Counted from the first letter of the whole stretch, positions 39,589 to 51,861 are shown. The stretch: DNA of 63,204 bases, filler included, from Reticulomyxa filosa (GCA_000512085.1; 15 parts of 15 records of this genome joined end to end with filler, not necessarily neighbours in it), one strand, 5' to 3'. Notes: generated from the sequence alone by a model not told the origin. Translations and numbers: made by a program.

Positions 39589-40977
39589 ATGACCACTTCT
39601 GGCAATGAAAAACGGTCTTCATCACGACTGGCATCGGTAAGCCCTATTCAATTCTAGAAAAACAGTTGACTTTATGTTTTACTTGCATTCATTGTATGTG
39701 ATTTGTAATTGAATCAGTTAGAAGAAGAAATCCAAGTAATTATCCAATATTGGATTCGAATATTGAAAATTAAACTAGGATGGATTAATGATTTTGACAA
39801 AATTGTTGCCAATTATGTTAATTTGTTTTTTTTATTCAAATGACAATTAAAATATTCAAATATTTATTTAACATAGGCAGCTACATTCTTCATGTTTAAC
39901 ACGTTTTGTTCATCATCCAAATTACGCAAACTTTGCAATGGACACAATGACTGTGTGAACAGTATTGGCTATTCAACATTCGATGATAATCAATTAATTT
40001 GCTCTGGATCATATGATAACACAGTTCGTGTATGGGACATGAAAGATAACAAACATATTCAACCATTCAATGGACATTCAGATTATGTATACTGTGTAAA
40101 ATTTTCACCATATCACTATTATAACTATTGTCAAAATGTCATTTGCTCTTCATCACAAGACAAAACAATTAGTTTTTGGAATTTCAAAGGTAATCAACAG
40201 TTGAATACATTCAATGGACACACTAATGGTATTTGCAGTATTGTATTTTCTCAATTTAATGGTGGTAAATATTTGTGTTCTGGATCATATGATAAAACAA
40301 TTCGTTTATGGAATGTTGAAACATCCAAATCATTACATATTTTCAAAGGACATGAATATTGTGTCTGTTGTGTTGAAATGTCGCCATTGCAAAGTAATAG
40401 TAATAATAATGAAAGTAATAACATTGGCGTGATTGGTGGCAGTGGATATACCATTTGTTCTGGATCACATGATTTTACCATTCGTTTATGGGATATTGAA
40501 ACAGCAAATGAATTGATTTTATTCAAAGGACATGAAGGTGGAGCGATGAGTGTAAAATATGGATCAAATGAATTAGGAAATATTGGTGGTGCAAATACAA
40601 TATTATCTGGATCATCTGATAAAAGTGTTTGTTTGTGGGATATTCGATCTGGCCAACAAATTCAAATGTTTGATGGACATACAAATAATGTGAATGCTGT
40701 TGAATATTCACCATTTGTAGTAAAGAATGATATTAAAACTGTTACTTCTAATGTAATATGTTCTGGATCAAGAGATAATACAATTCGTTTTTGGGACATT
40801 CGATCAAATAAGAATGAATTGTATATGATTGAGGGAAATAGTAAAGAATTTGAAGATTATGGAATAAAATGTCTTACATTTGTATCATTGAAAAAGACGA
40901 AGAATAATAGACAAAGATTTAATGATATTAGCTTAATTTATGGTTTATACTGTGGTCGCATTTGTGTTTGGAGATGA
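39589..40977 (+). CDS. WD40-repeat protein with helical exon module, complete
   Basis: Exons 39589-39636, 39718-39816, 39877-40977; repeats GH....CSGS.D.TIR.WD with family insert SPLQSN..IGVIGGSGYTICSGS. Confidence 0.93.
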
Positions 40978-41328
40978 ATATAAATGAATATACATAGTAT
41001 GATTATCACAGAAACACATATCTTTGAAATATGACTTAGTCAATATTTTTTTGTAAAAATCCTTCTTTAAGTTTCTCAATTTAATATTTTTACTTTTGAT
41101 TTTTCTTAACATAGTTTATCTATTATTGTCTGTTGCCAAAATCTAAAACGTGTAATCTTTTTATATTTATTTTCAATCTAGTCGACTGGTATCAATGAAT
41201 AATAACATGAAACAAATATTTGGAATTANNNNNNNNNNNNNNNNNNNNNNNNNNNNNNNNNNNNNNNNNNNNTTAATTAATTAANNNNNNNNNNNNNNNN
41301 NNNNNNNNNNNNNNNNNNNNNNNNNNNN

Positions 41329-43174
41329 CACAAACGATCGACCAAATAACAGCAACGAGGTCTTGCGAATGCGCGCTTCTATTTCAATAACCACTGTTCC
41401 CGTCAATTATTCCGTTATTTTTGGACGGCTGACAGACTTGGGGGAAATTGGTATAATTGAAAAGCTCGTCCCCTAGAGCTACCATTTTTTGAGCGGCGGG
41501 GTCCTGTCAATGGTACAACACCCACTTTTCGAATCCGAGTGATTCGACTTTTGGTAACCAAACAACTCGTGCTATCCACAGCAACTACGTTTTTGAGATG
41601 AGAGAGTGGAAGAGGGGGCTCGACTGCTGATATAATGTTGTCCACGCATCCATCCAGCAGGGCTCAGCGCCACCAACACATTGCCAATGCCCAAAATTTT
41701 TTTTCTTGATTTGATAAAGAATGGAGCGACTTTTGAATCGTTGATCAAAGTAGCGACTGGCATGACGTTGTTACTTTTTGTAACAAATGACAATAGCATT
41801 AACTCCAGCGAACTTCGAGTCAAATCGTGGAATACCCAAATATTGGCGTATAAAACCCAGGCCAATGATGTAAACAATTGACAATGAGTAAAAGATAGAA
41901 CGGACTGCATTCATCGTTGTCGTCATTGGACTACGTTTGGCATTGATACCCGTGCAGCAACTTCCATTGGTAGAGGAGGAGGGCGCACTATGTGAAATTC
42001 GGTCATGTTTGAAAATGCACAGTACTCGATATCTCCCCGGGAGCTTACGATTCCTCCCATAGTACGCGCATGATTCAAAGCCAAATTTGTGCATGTGCGC
42101 ATACACGACTAGTTTCAACACGTATGCCCAATCTGTGTGTGTTTCGATTGTTGTCTTGTGCTTATAAAATTAGCACCATTTCTATGACGACCGAGTTTCC
42201 CTTGCTCATTGGCGCCGGTAGATCGTAGTTGGAAATTTTTTTTGCGGATAATCGCTGGCGTAGCACAACGCCAGAGACTTTTATCTGCCTACGTTGATGG
42301 CAAGCAAGTTCTTTCAAATAATTCGGGCTACCACTGCAAGATATTGCCATACTCGTTCAACACTTTTGCGAGTGGCGACTTTGCGCGTTTCCGGACGTAT
42401 AAGGCAAGTCCATATAACCAATTTCGATATAGCTGGTCTACTGATTGTTTTTATTTTATTTTTTTTTAACAAATTTAACGTGATAAAATTTCGGAACGCT
42501 CTTTCTCTTCGTTTTCCTCATCCTCATCTTCATCTTCTTGCTTGCTGGTGTCTTGTGAGTTTCGCAGGCTGAATTGAACCAATCTTACATGTGATTGTTC
42601 TCACGATGCAGTGGTTTGCTCGTCCACATAAGCTTTTTTTTGACAACGGTCCTTACTTTTTCTTGCTCGCCTTCAACTTCTTCGTCGATCCAGTCGCTGC
42701 CGTCGTCGATACACCATAATATCGCATTGTTTTCGCTTTGCGTGCTGTCGTCGTTTTTTTTCTTCCTGGCGAGCTTGCTTTTACATTTGGCGGCACCAAG
42801 GCAAGATATTGTTTGGATTAATCTGAGAATTTTGCCCCCAATGTCCCGATGTTTTCCAACTACAAGCCATCTGCTCTCCTTGCCCTTGCGACAATGGACA
42901 TACTTTCCCTTGTTCTTTGGCGCTGGTAGATCGCATTTTGATGCTGTCTTTGGTGCTGTGCCACACCCAACTATCATAATTCTTTCTTTACTGCCTCCTT
43001 TTGTTTGCCAATGATCTTGGCTTTAGTTTCATAAGCTTTTCCACCAACTTGAGCGATTCGCACAGGGACTATTTTTCTGCTGTTTGATCCATTCGTGCGT
43101 GTGACAATGCGCACACTTCCAAGTTTTCAGGGAACAATCTCCCTTTTTCTCTTTCAAATTCTTCAACATTTTTT
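41329..43174 (-). pseudogene. Decayed coding sequence (multiple stops/frameshifts), family not recognised
   Basis: Coding-like GC content; fragments in shifting frames; a duplicated peptide (SNYDLPAPMSKG ~42200-42240, SKCDLPAPKNKG ~42905-42945); WKCAHC near 43110. Confidence 0.45.
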
Positions 43175-44560
43175 NNNNNNNNNNNNNNNNNNNNNNNNNN
43201 NNNNNNNNNNNNNNNNNNTTAATTAATTAANNNNNNNNNNNNNNNNNNNNNNNNNNNNNNNNNNNNNNNNNNNNTTTTTTTTTTTTTTTGCTTTTTGTGT
43301 TTTGCTTTCTTTTTTTTGAAACTGAAGAAAGAACAGGATAACAGTCGAAAAAGTCGGAATCTTTTTTTTTTTTTTGCAACACCAAAAAAGTGGTGTCAAT
43401 TATGTACGATATAAAAAAAATTTTTGTGCGTAAAAAAAAAAAGGTGCGAAATTAACGTATGCATTTTTGTTTTCGTTTTTTTTATGTTAATCTTTTATGT
43501 TATTTATTTTGGTTGTGATATGCTAGGTTATGTTAGTCTTTGTTGTCTGTGAAGTGGAAGTCTGTACTTATTTTATATTTCTTCGCATGCAAGTAACTTT
43601 TTTTCAATTAAATATTGCTGATAAATAGATCTATTTCTGGTGCTGTAAACTTCATTATATAATATAATTTGTGATTACAAAATTTAAAGATTTTTATTAC
43701 TTCGATGGAGCCACCTGCATTCACTATTTCTAAGCCAATTTAAAAACGTATATCAATGGCTTCGTTTTTGCGACATTGCATAGTTTATACACCTAATTAC
43801 ATTAGAGATTACAATTAAGTAATTGCCAAATAGTAGTAATTGTCAAACATCATTATTATTGAAGCTATTTGTTATAAAGCCAGTTATTGATTAAATAGTA
43901 AATGTGACAATGACATAAGCTACAAATTCTAAATTATATATTTAAAAGCGAATGCTAACATCTAGTCAGAATTATTGTAATTTAACCAGACTTTATTTTT
44001 ACATTTGGAACAGAATATGATGTACCTGTAATATACTAAGTATAACCAGTACAAATATGTTTTGTAATTTAGTGACAGAACTATCCAGATATCGATAACA
44101 TATATGACAGAACCTTCAAAAAACATCAATTGAGACCTCAAACAAACCAAAAAAAAAGATTTGAAAAAATACATCAATTTAAAAAAAGTTTTCTTTTGTA
44201 CATTAAGATAGCATGTATCAAAATATTGAAGTCATTCAATAGATTCGAGCATGAATGCTTTATGTTAGTGTATTCAAAACTCATAATTTTTCGTATATGC
44301 AGTATCTTTTATTAAACAAACAAACACAAGGAAAGGAAGAAAGGGTGTTCACAAGTCAAGGCACAGTATTATAATTAATTATTACTACTACTGCTCTTAT
44401 CTTTTTTTTTTTTAAAATCTCCCCACGTTACCTTTCGCTTTTGTCACATCAAAAAATCAAAAGTCTGCTTGAGGAAGCAAGCTAAGCAAATCGGGGCATG
44501 AGGATACCAAAAAAAAAAAAAAAGAAGAAAGATATTCCGAGAGAAATGTATTGAAAATGT

Positions 44561-45480
44561 TTATTGTTTTGCAGAGACGTCATTATAAAGTTTTAAGTAA
44601 TGTCTCAATTGATTCATTTGCTCAGTAGCCTCCTGAATCAATCGAAGTTTAGATTCTTCCGCTCTTTTGAGTTTGTGTTCAATTTGTGCGATTGTCTCAT
44701 TTGCATTTTGTGCTCTCAAGCGATATGTGTCCCTCTCTTGTGTCAATTGCACTTTTTGTTGTTGAATTTGACTTAACTGTATCATTTATTTGCGTGTATA
44801 CGTATACGTATACGTGTAAGAGTATACAAACATGCAAGAATCAAACTGAGATATATATATATATGTATATATGTATATGTGATAAAAAAAAACAACAAAA
44901 AACTTTAGTTTTGAGTTGATGAATAGTTTGATCTTGGTCAGCAGAAGCAGAATCGATGTCACTCTTAGTAGGAGTTGGAGTTGGAGTGGGCTCTGGTCTG
45001 TTGAGTTTTGCTTTTAAAGACTCGACGGTAGTTTTGAGAGAGTCTCGTTCTTGTATGAGCGCTTTGAATTTTTCATCGTGTTTGGGTTGCGACTCCAGTT
45101 GTTGGATTCGAGTCAAGTACTCCTTTTCCCTCTGTCTTCCCAGCGACAATTCGTTTTCTGTCTTTTGATACTGCGCCTGGATTTTGCTATACTCGCGATC
45201 GATATTTCGAACTTTTTCTTTTTCGCTTTCCAACGATTGATGCAGTTCGTTTATCAACGTTTGATAGTGCCCTTTTTCTTCGCTCGTTTTTTCATTCTTG
45301 TCTTCGTTCGAGCGTTCTTGCTTGTCATTGCTCTTCTTCGTCGTGTCAGTAGTAGCTGCAGCAGTTTGATTACCGTTGTTGTTGTTGTTGTTGTTGTTGG
45401 GATGGGTTGGACCAGGGGATTTCGCCAAGGAAGATTGTGCTTCATTTCCTTGGATTGTCAATGTTGGATCCAATTGATTC
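44561..45480 (-). CDS. Coiled-coil protein, last two exons
   Basis: E/K/Q-rich heptad text; donor after HQLKTK (GTTTTT), acceptor GATACAG before LSQIQQQK; stop at 44561. Confidence 0.7.
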
Positions 45481-45630
45481 TTTTGTATTGTTTTGTGAAT
45501 GAAATGGGAAGAAAAAAAAAAAAAAAAAGTNNNNNNNNNNNNNNNNNNNNNNNNNNNNNNNNNNNNNNNNNNNNTTAATTAATTAANNNNNNNNNNNNNN
45601 NNNNNNNNNNNNNNNNNNNNNNNNNNNNNN

Positions 45631-45661
<31 letters not shown>

Positions 45662-45662
<1 letters not shown>

Positions 45663-46619
45663 TGTTTAATGAGATCCCCGTTATTCAAGATCATAGCACA
45701 ACCATCATAGTACAAACGATTTCCATCGCAGCCTTGCTGGTTTGCATAAAGATACACACCGCCACAGCGTCGGCTTGAGTTGCGCATGAGGTCCAAACGC
45801 ACGTCCAACTTGCGAAGGTTGTGATGCGAGCCGGACGAGTTGCACACAATGTCGACGCCATTCAAAGCGTAGTGGATGAAAGGGGACAATGGCGTGAACA
45901 ACTCCTCGCATGTCTCGCTGGCGACACTCGCGTCCGTCAGCTGAATGATGCCGGGTCCAATGGGAACAGTGCTTTGTTTCGTCAATTTTTGGATTGACAG
46001 CGGCAACACATATTTTTCCAACTCACCAAATTGTTTCTTTTTTTTTTTTTTTTAAGTTTTATTTTTTTTGTTATTAACTTTAATATTTGAATATGCATAT
46101 TACATATTACATATTACATATTAATATATATATATATATATATATGTAATATGTAATATGTAATATGACATTAGACTAAACACTCCAAGCAGTAAAATAT
46201 CTTGGCTCTCTGTAATTACCATCATTGGCTAAGTGCATCTTCGGACGGATCAACACGATTTGATTGTTACAAATCCACACGCCACAGTTGTAACATACTG
46301 AGTTGTGCGTCACTGGCATTCCAAAACAACATAAAATATCCTTTGTTATTCCCGACTCGATAACCGCTTCGATCGACTGCCAACAGTGAAACATCGTATC
46401 TTCTTCCAAAAAGTGGTCCTCACAACCGTACCCACTCACCTCCAACTCTGGCCCCACTCGCAATCTGCAATTATTGCTCTTCGCTATCCTTATGCTTTCC
46501 ATTATTCGGCTCAAGTTCCCGTCAAAGTCCAAACTCCATTGATTCAAATTACACGTCGCCACCGAGGCACAACGTTGTGTTCCTCGCTTTTCCAACACCA
46601 ACGACTCTTTTTTCTGCAT
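45662..46619 (-). CDS. NADSYN1: Glutamine-dependent NAD+ synthetase, N-terminal nitrilase-like glutaminase domain (3' truncated)
   Basis: [92 protein letters not shown]; intron 46181-46037. Confidence 0.96.
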
Positions 46620-47207
46620 TCCACCTCAAACGATTATTCGCGATGAGAGTTTTTTTTTTATATAATTGTTGTTTCGTCGAGCTTTCAACGCTCCAAATTA
46701 TTTCGTGTTTGAAATCTATTTCAATATTTGTGTACTTAGACAAACAATAAAATAGAGTATTTGCCACTTGAATTTTTTTCCACGTGTACGAGTATTTGCT
46801 AAGGATCACAACCATCACTTCACTAAAATAAGAAATGACAACTACTAAAATCAATTTAAAAAAGATTCACAATAAGTATTGCAAGCTATCTTAGAGCAAA
46901 CTAAGCAATATTTTCAAAAATTTTATGTCTATTTTTTTGCTAAGTTTAAAAAAAAAAAAGTAAATAGGTAAGCTGATGCGAAAGATAATCATCACTAGGA
47001 AGAGAAAACCAAACCAAAACAAAAAGTCAGTAGGATGCGAGTATATTTTTAGAAAAAGATTATTCAATATCAAATATTAAAAAAATTAGGACTTATTTGG
47101 TCAATTTNNNNNNNNNNNNNNNNNNNNNNNNNNNNNNNNNNNNNNNNNNNNTTAATTAATTAANNNNNNNNNNNNNNNNNNNNNNNNNNNNNNNNNNNNN
47201 NNNNNNN

Positions 47208-47850
47208 AATAACACAGCATAAGTCACTGAATTGCAATCGAATGACTTGTGAGTTAATCTCAATAACAATTCATCTTTGTTATGCCAAGACTGGAATCCT
47301 GCTTGTGTTTGATACAATAATTGCTTTTCATTTAACCACCAGCAATGCAATTGGTCTATGATTTTTGCACTGACTATGATCTCTGTCAGGCTTGGGAATA
47401 GGCACAATATTTGCCTTTTTCCATTCAATTGGTATATATTCCATTGTCCTTTTCTTTAATTTTCGAGGACCATTATTATTTTCATTATCATTTAATCTTG
47501 ACTTTTAGCAGCATCAATATAAGAGAAAACCTTTGCTTGCTGCAAATTTGATTTGATAGTAATGGTTTGAGATGCTTTTTTCTTCGGGAATGCATCTTCC
47601 TTGTCAATTTAATACCAAGTTTTTCTCTTACTTTGCGAATCACTTCACATGCACTGAATCACTTGGATGTTGCTTACGACATAGTACACATTTGTGTTTT
47701 CTTGTGTCGTTCTTGTTTCGACATTTAGCTGCTTCGTGATTTGCCAATCCGCAATATTTGCATACTTTGCGTTTCTTTGGGCATTCACGAGCAATGTGAT
47801 TCAATCTGTAGCAGTTTCTGCATTGCTTGAAGTGCGATTTTGGTCTGGAT
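47208..47850 (-). mobile_element. Decayed, internally deleted non-LTR retrotransposon (ORF1 triple zinc knuckle + RT fragment)
   Basis: CRNCYRLNHIAREC-PKKRKV-CKYCGLANHEAAKC-..-CVLCRKQHPSDSV at ~47650-47825; WWLNEKQLLYQTQAGFQSWHNKDELLLRLT..SFDCNSVTYAV (RT Q.GF region) at 47208-47345. Confidence 0.85.
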
Positions 47851-47858
47851 TTATTTTA

Positions 47859-48932
47859 TTTTTTTTTAGCAAGAATGAGACCTTATTCAAGTTAAAATGA
47901 GCACCTCGTCCCAAAAGGAACACAGTACTCTAATAAAACAAACAAAAAAAGGAAAAGAACAAAACATATCAAAAACTCACACACAATCAACAACAAGTTA
48001 AAAAAAATTTTAAGTTTTAATTTGTATGGTGATAGCAATCAACAGTTGTGAAAACAAAATTGGCTCTTCCCTGCGGAAAGGTCAGGGGGAATTACAGGAG
48101 CAATGTTAATGCTCAACTGAATCCTCTGAGCCTTGTTTTCGAAGTGTTGAAGTCTCAGAGATTCAATCTACCTCTTTTAACAAATTAAAGCAAACTAAAA
48201 CAAAAAATAAAATTTAAACACTTATTAAAGAAAATCATGTGAATGTTGCCATTTCGGTTTATTTAATATAAAAGTTTCTCAATTTTGTTCAACATTCTTT
48301 CTTGTTAACCGACTGTTTATTTTGGTTGTTGTTATCTTGTATATATCTGCTCTCGCGCAAAATCGCAATATCAGATATCTGAAAGTTTTTAACGTAGAAA
48401 AAATTTTCTTTTTTTAGTAGTTTGAAAATATTTTCTTTGTATCTTTGAACAGTCGATTAACAATAAAGAATGACGAAAAAAATTGAGCCACTTCTTTATT
48501 AAATAAGCCGAAATGGCAATATCAACAACATTCACATGACTTTCTTTAATAATAAGTGTTTAAATTTTATTTTTTTAATTTATTAAAAGAGTTGAATTAA
48601 ATCTCAATATTTCCCTGAGACTTCAACACTTCGGAAACAATGCTAAATGATTCATTTGAGCATTCGCATTGCTCATATAATTCCCCCCTGACCATTCCAC
48701 AGTGAATAGCCAAATTTGTTTTCACAATCGTTGATTGATCTCACCGTACAACCTTTGATATTTATTTGTTTTTTTTGATATTTTAAAGATTAAATTAAAA
48801 CTTAAAATTTTTTTTTTCACTTGTTGTTGATCTTTTTTATTGTTGTTTGTTTTCATTATAGTAATTTGTTCCTTTTGTGACGATGTGCTCATTTTAACTT
48901 GGATAAGATCTCATTCTTGCTAAAAAAAAAAA
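47859..48932. repeat. ~1.07-kb imperfect inverted repeat made of two head-to-head copies of a ~460-480 bp poly(A)-ended element
   Basis: Arm 47859-48317 is the diverged reverse complement of 48448-48932 (e.g. TTAGCAAGAATGAGACCTTATTCAAGTTAAAATGAGCAC vs GTGCTCATTTTAACTTGGATAAGATCTCATTCTTGCTAA); 130-bp spacer. Confidence 0.92.
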
Positions 48933-49569
48933 GTTCAACATTAAATCAATAATTTTAATTTAAATTTGTTATGTGAAGATAGAAAATACATCATTTTATA
49001 CCATTTCAAAACTATTTCAATTTAACCCCCAAAACTTTTGTTATTAGCACAAAGCTAATTGCCTTGCTTCACCTCTGTGAAGCTCAGATTGAATCCAATG
49101 GTCACTATGTGACCACGTTCAGTCTATACTAGACTTCAGCAAGTATTAACGTCGTATGCTTCAAATGTGAATAAACTATTGCAATCAAAAAACAAAACAA
49201 AAACAAACAAAAAAATTGTTGAAACATTTCAAGTCTTTGGTTTCCTGTCCTTTGTATACATTTTCTTTGGTTTTAGGCATTCATTGGCCTTTTCTTGCTC
49301 AGAGCCTGATGATACTCGCATCTTAATGAGATACCTAGTCGCGATAATATGTATTTTGTCATTCTTGCTACTACCTTTCGCTAGTCTGTTACTCACTGTT
49401 GGCTTTTAGCTAGCCAATGATGATGAAGGTTATATATTTATTTATTTTTATTTTATTTTATTGTTTGTTTTCATGTAAAATTATAATCAATACATAAATT
49501 ACAAAAAATTCAAAAAAATTTAATTAAAAAGAAAATCAAAAATTAAACCGAAATTTCTTTCATTTACTC

Positions 49570-50456
49570 GTATCCGACATATTTCTTGTTTTATTTTTTT
49601 GTCATACGGCAATGCTTGAAGGAAACAAATTTGGAGAACGAGAACCTTTATTGTTTGGTCTCCTGGATATATATACATCACATTGTGGATGTAAAGAGCA
49701 ACAAATAAAAAAAGGGGCAACATCAAAAATGATATGTCTTATCGCACTAATATCTGGAGAGTAATAATCAACTGTCCCTGCACATCTTCCTGAAGTACAC
49801 AAATTATCATCAATTGTGTAACAACATTGCTGTCCAGAAAATGACCCAGGGACAATTGCGCGAATACAATTGTAAGCGCCAGTATGAAAAATTGAACATC
49901 CAATTGACCCATTTTGACATGCTCCATCTATAGTCCTTTTTTTTATAAAATATTACAAAATATTGTCACTATATACACAAGTATAACATACCATTTTGGA
50001 GATATGCACACACTTTGAGCAAATGGATATTGCAAAGGACAATCAGGTAAATTTTCTATCCAACCATTACCAATGAAATATTCATCGGTAACTGCCCACG
50101 CAAGACACACAATTATACGTAGCAACAGTATTCCGATAAATGTCTTTAAAAGAAGTCTATGTACGACACCAGTGTGCAAGATAAAACTATGTGAGTATTA
50201 TCATTACTGCCAAAAATAACAACGGCTAAACAAATCTAATTGTGCTTTTGCGGCCGCTACAAAAACCAAGAAAAGAAAAATACCTGATTGTTGTTATCAG
50301 CGATTTGTTACAAAAACGTTCGTGTGAGTTACTGTCACTGTTAGTATCGTTATCACTTCTACTTTTTTTACTATCGTATATGATCTTTGATTTGAGATCA
50401 TGCATGTTACGGGGAAAGTCCAGGTCCGGGAATATCTTCTTTAATAATCCGTTCAT
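49570..50456 (-). pseudogene. Multi-pass membrane protein gene, probably pseudogene
   Basis: Exon-like hydrophobic ORFs 50456-, 50179- and 49927-; in-frame TAA at 49739-49741 inside continuous hydrophobic text (LQILVR*DISFLMLPLFLFVAL). Confidence 0.45.
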
Positions 50457-51861
50457 AGTTTCTGTTTAAAGGTTGTTGTGAGACCCTGTTTCTTTTTTTG
50501 ACTTAAAACTCTTAAAGTGTTGTTTGTAAAGATATTTGACACACTCTTTAGAAATGCTATGATAACACAACAAAATACCAATATTGTCAAATAATGAAAT
50601 TGCTTTTTCGATTTTTGTAAAATGTAGAAAATACTTTTGATACTAGAATTTAGAAGAACGTATACAAATGCTTTGTTGGCAAAGGACCGTTCCTGCTCTT
50701 GACCTTAGAAAAGAAAAAGGTAATTCGGTGTATGCTTTTTCTTTTTGCAGGTTGTTCAAACTTCGCACAACTTTTATTTGTATGAAACGTTTTCATTCTT
50801 TGTTTGAGAATTCTTTTAAGTGAAATCCGACAGAAGTATGCCAGAAGGAACACAGAAAACATCAATTGTCATTTCAATTGACTTTAAGTCTTATGAAACA
50901 GTCATTTGAATCACTATAAAAAGACCTGTTGCATATGTATATCAAACAAAGAAACGATCTACTGTCAAAAGATAATTGAATTATGAACAAAATTATTGTC
51001 AAGTCTGGAAATCTATTTGATGAAACGCTTCAAATCTGGTGAAAAGAAAACGAAATAACACATCCAATACATTATTTGAAATTGGAAAATATTGAAAACA
51101 GTAAACAACAATTCTTAAAAAAAAGACAATATGAACTCATCGAAATTTCATATAAATTTAATCAATTTGTAACATGACATCTCTAGTAATTTGGAATAAT
51201 TAATTTCTGATTTTGAATGTTTTGAGATTCTATTTGGTGATGATAATATAAGATTTAAAGCAAAACTTTTTCTATCCATAAAGGGTTTGTGTTTTTTGTT
51301 TGCTTCTTTGTCTCAAAAACAAAAGAAAAGAAGGAAAATATGATAATTTGTTATAAAAACAGGCAAACCAATTACACTTAAAATATTCAATTAGTAATAT
51401 TTAAAAAACTTGAACTATTTGTGTTTTTGTTTTCCTTTTTTTTATATTTTTTGTATTTTATTTCACGCTATGCTTTTAATCAAAGTTATTTATGATGAAA
51501 ATGATTGCTGCTTTGGATGATAATTTAAATTATCTTTTTTTTTGCGGCAATAGCTTTTGATAATTGCAAATCTAAAATTTAAAAAAAAATAAATGTGAAA
51601 CTTTTTTAGATTATATGCTACTGACGATGCTTTCTATCAGTGCATATATCAAACAATTAGATCTATTCGTTTGTTTTCGTTGGGGCAATATGCTGTTATT
51701 CTATGTTGATTCTGTTCTTGAATATATTGTACATATCATGTATTTGTTACAATACTTTTGAAAAGTATTATGTAATGTCGTATCAAATTTACATTTAAGT
51801 CTCTTTTTGTTAGTGTTACTATTGACGCATTTCCATTTGAATTTGATCAAGATAATTTCCA

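Noticed and set aside
49739-49741. In-frame TAA as stop-codon reassignment or readthrough
   Set aside because: Conserved genes (RPS15, stomatin, ADPRM, PP4) end at ordinary stops and have no internal ones; the surrounding locus looks decayed.
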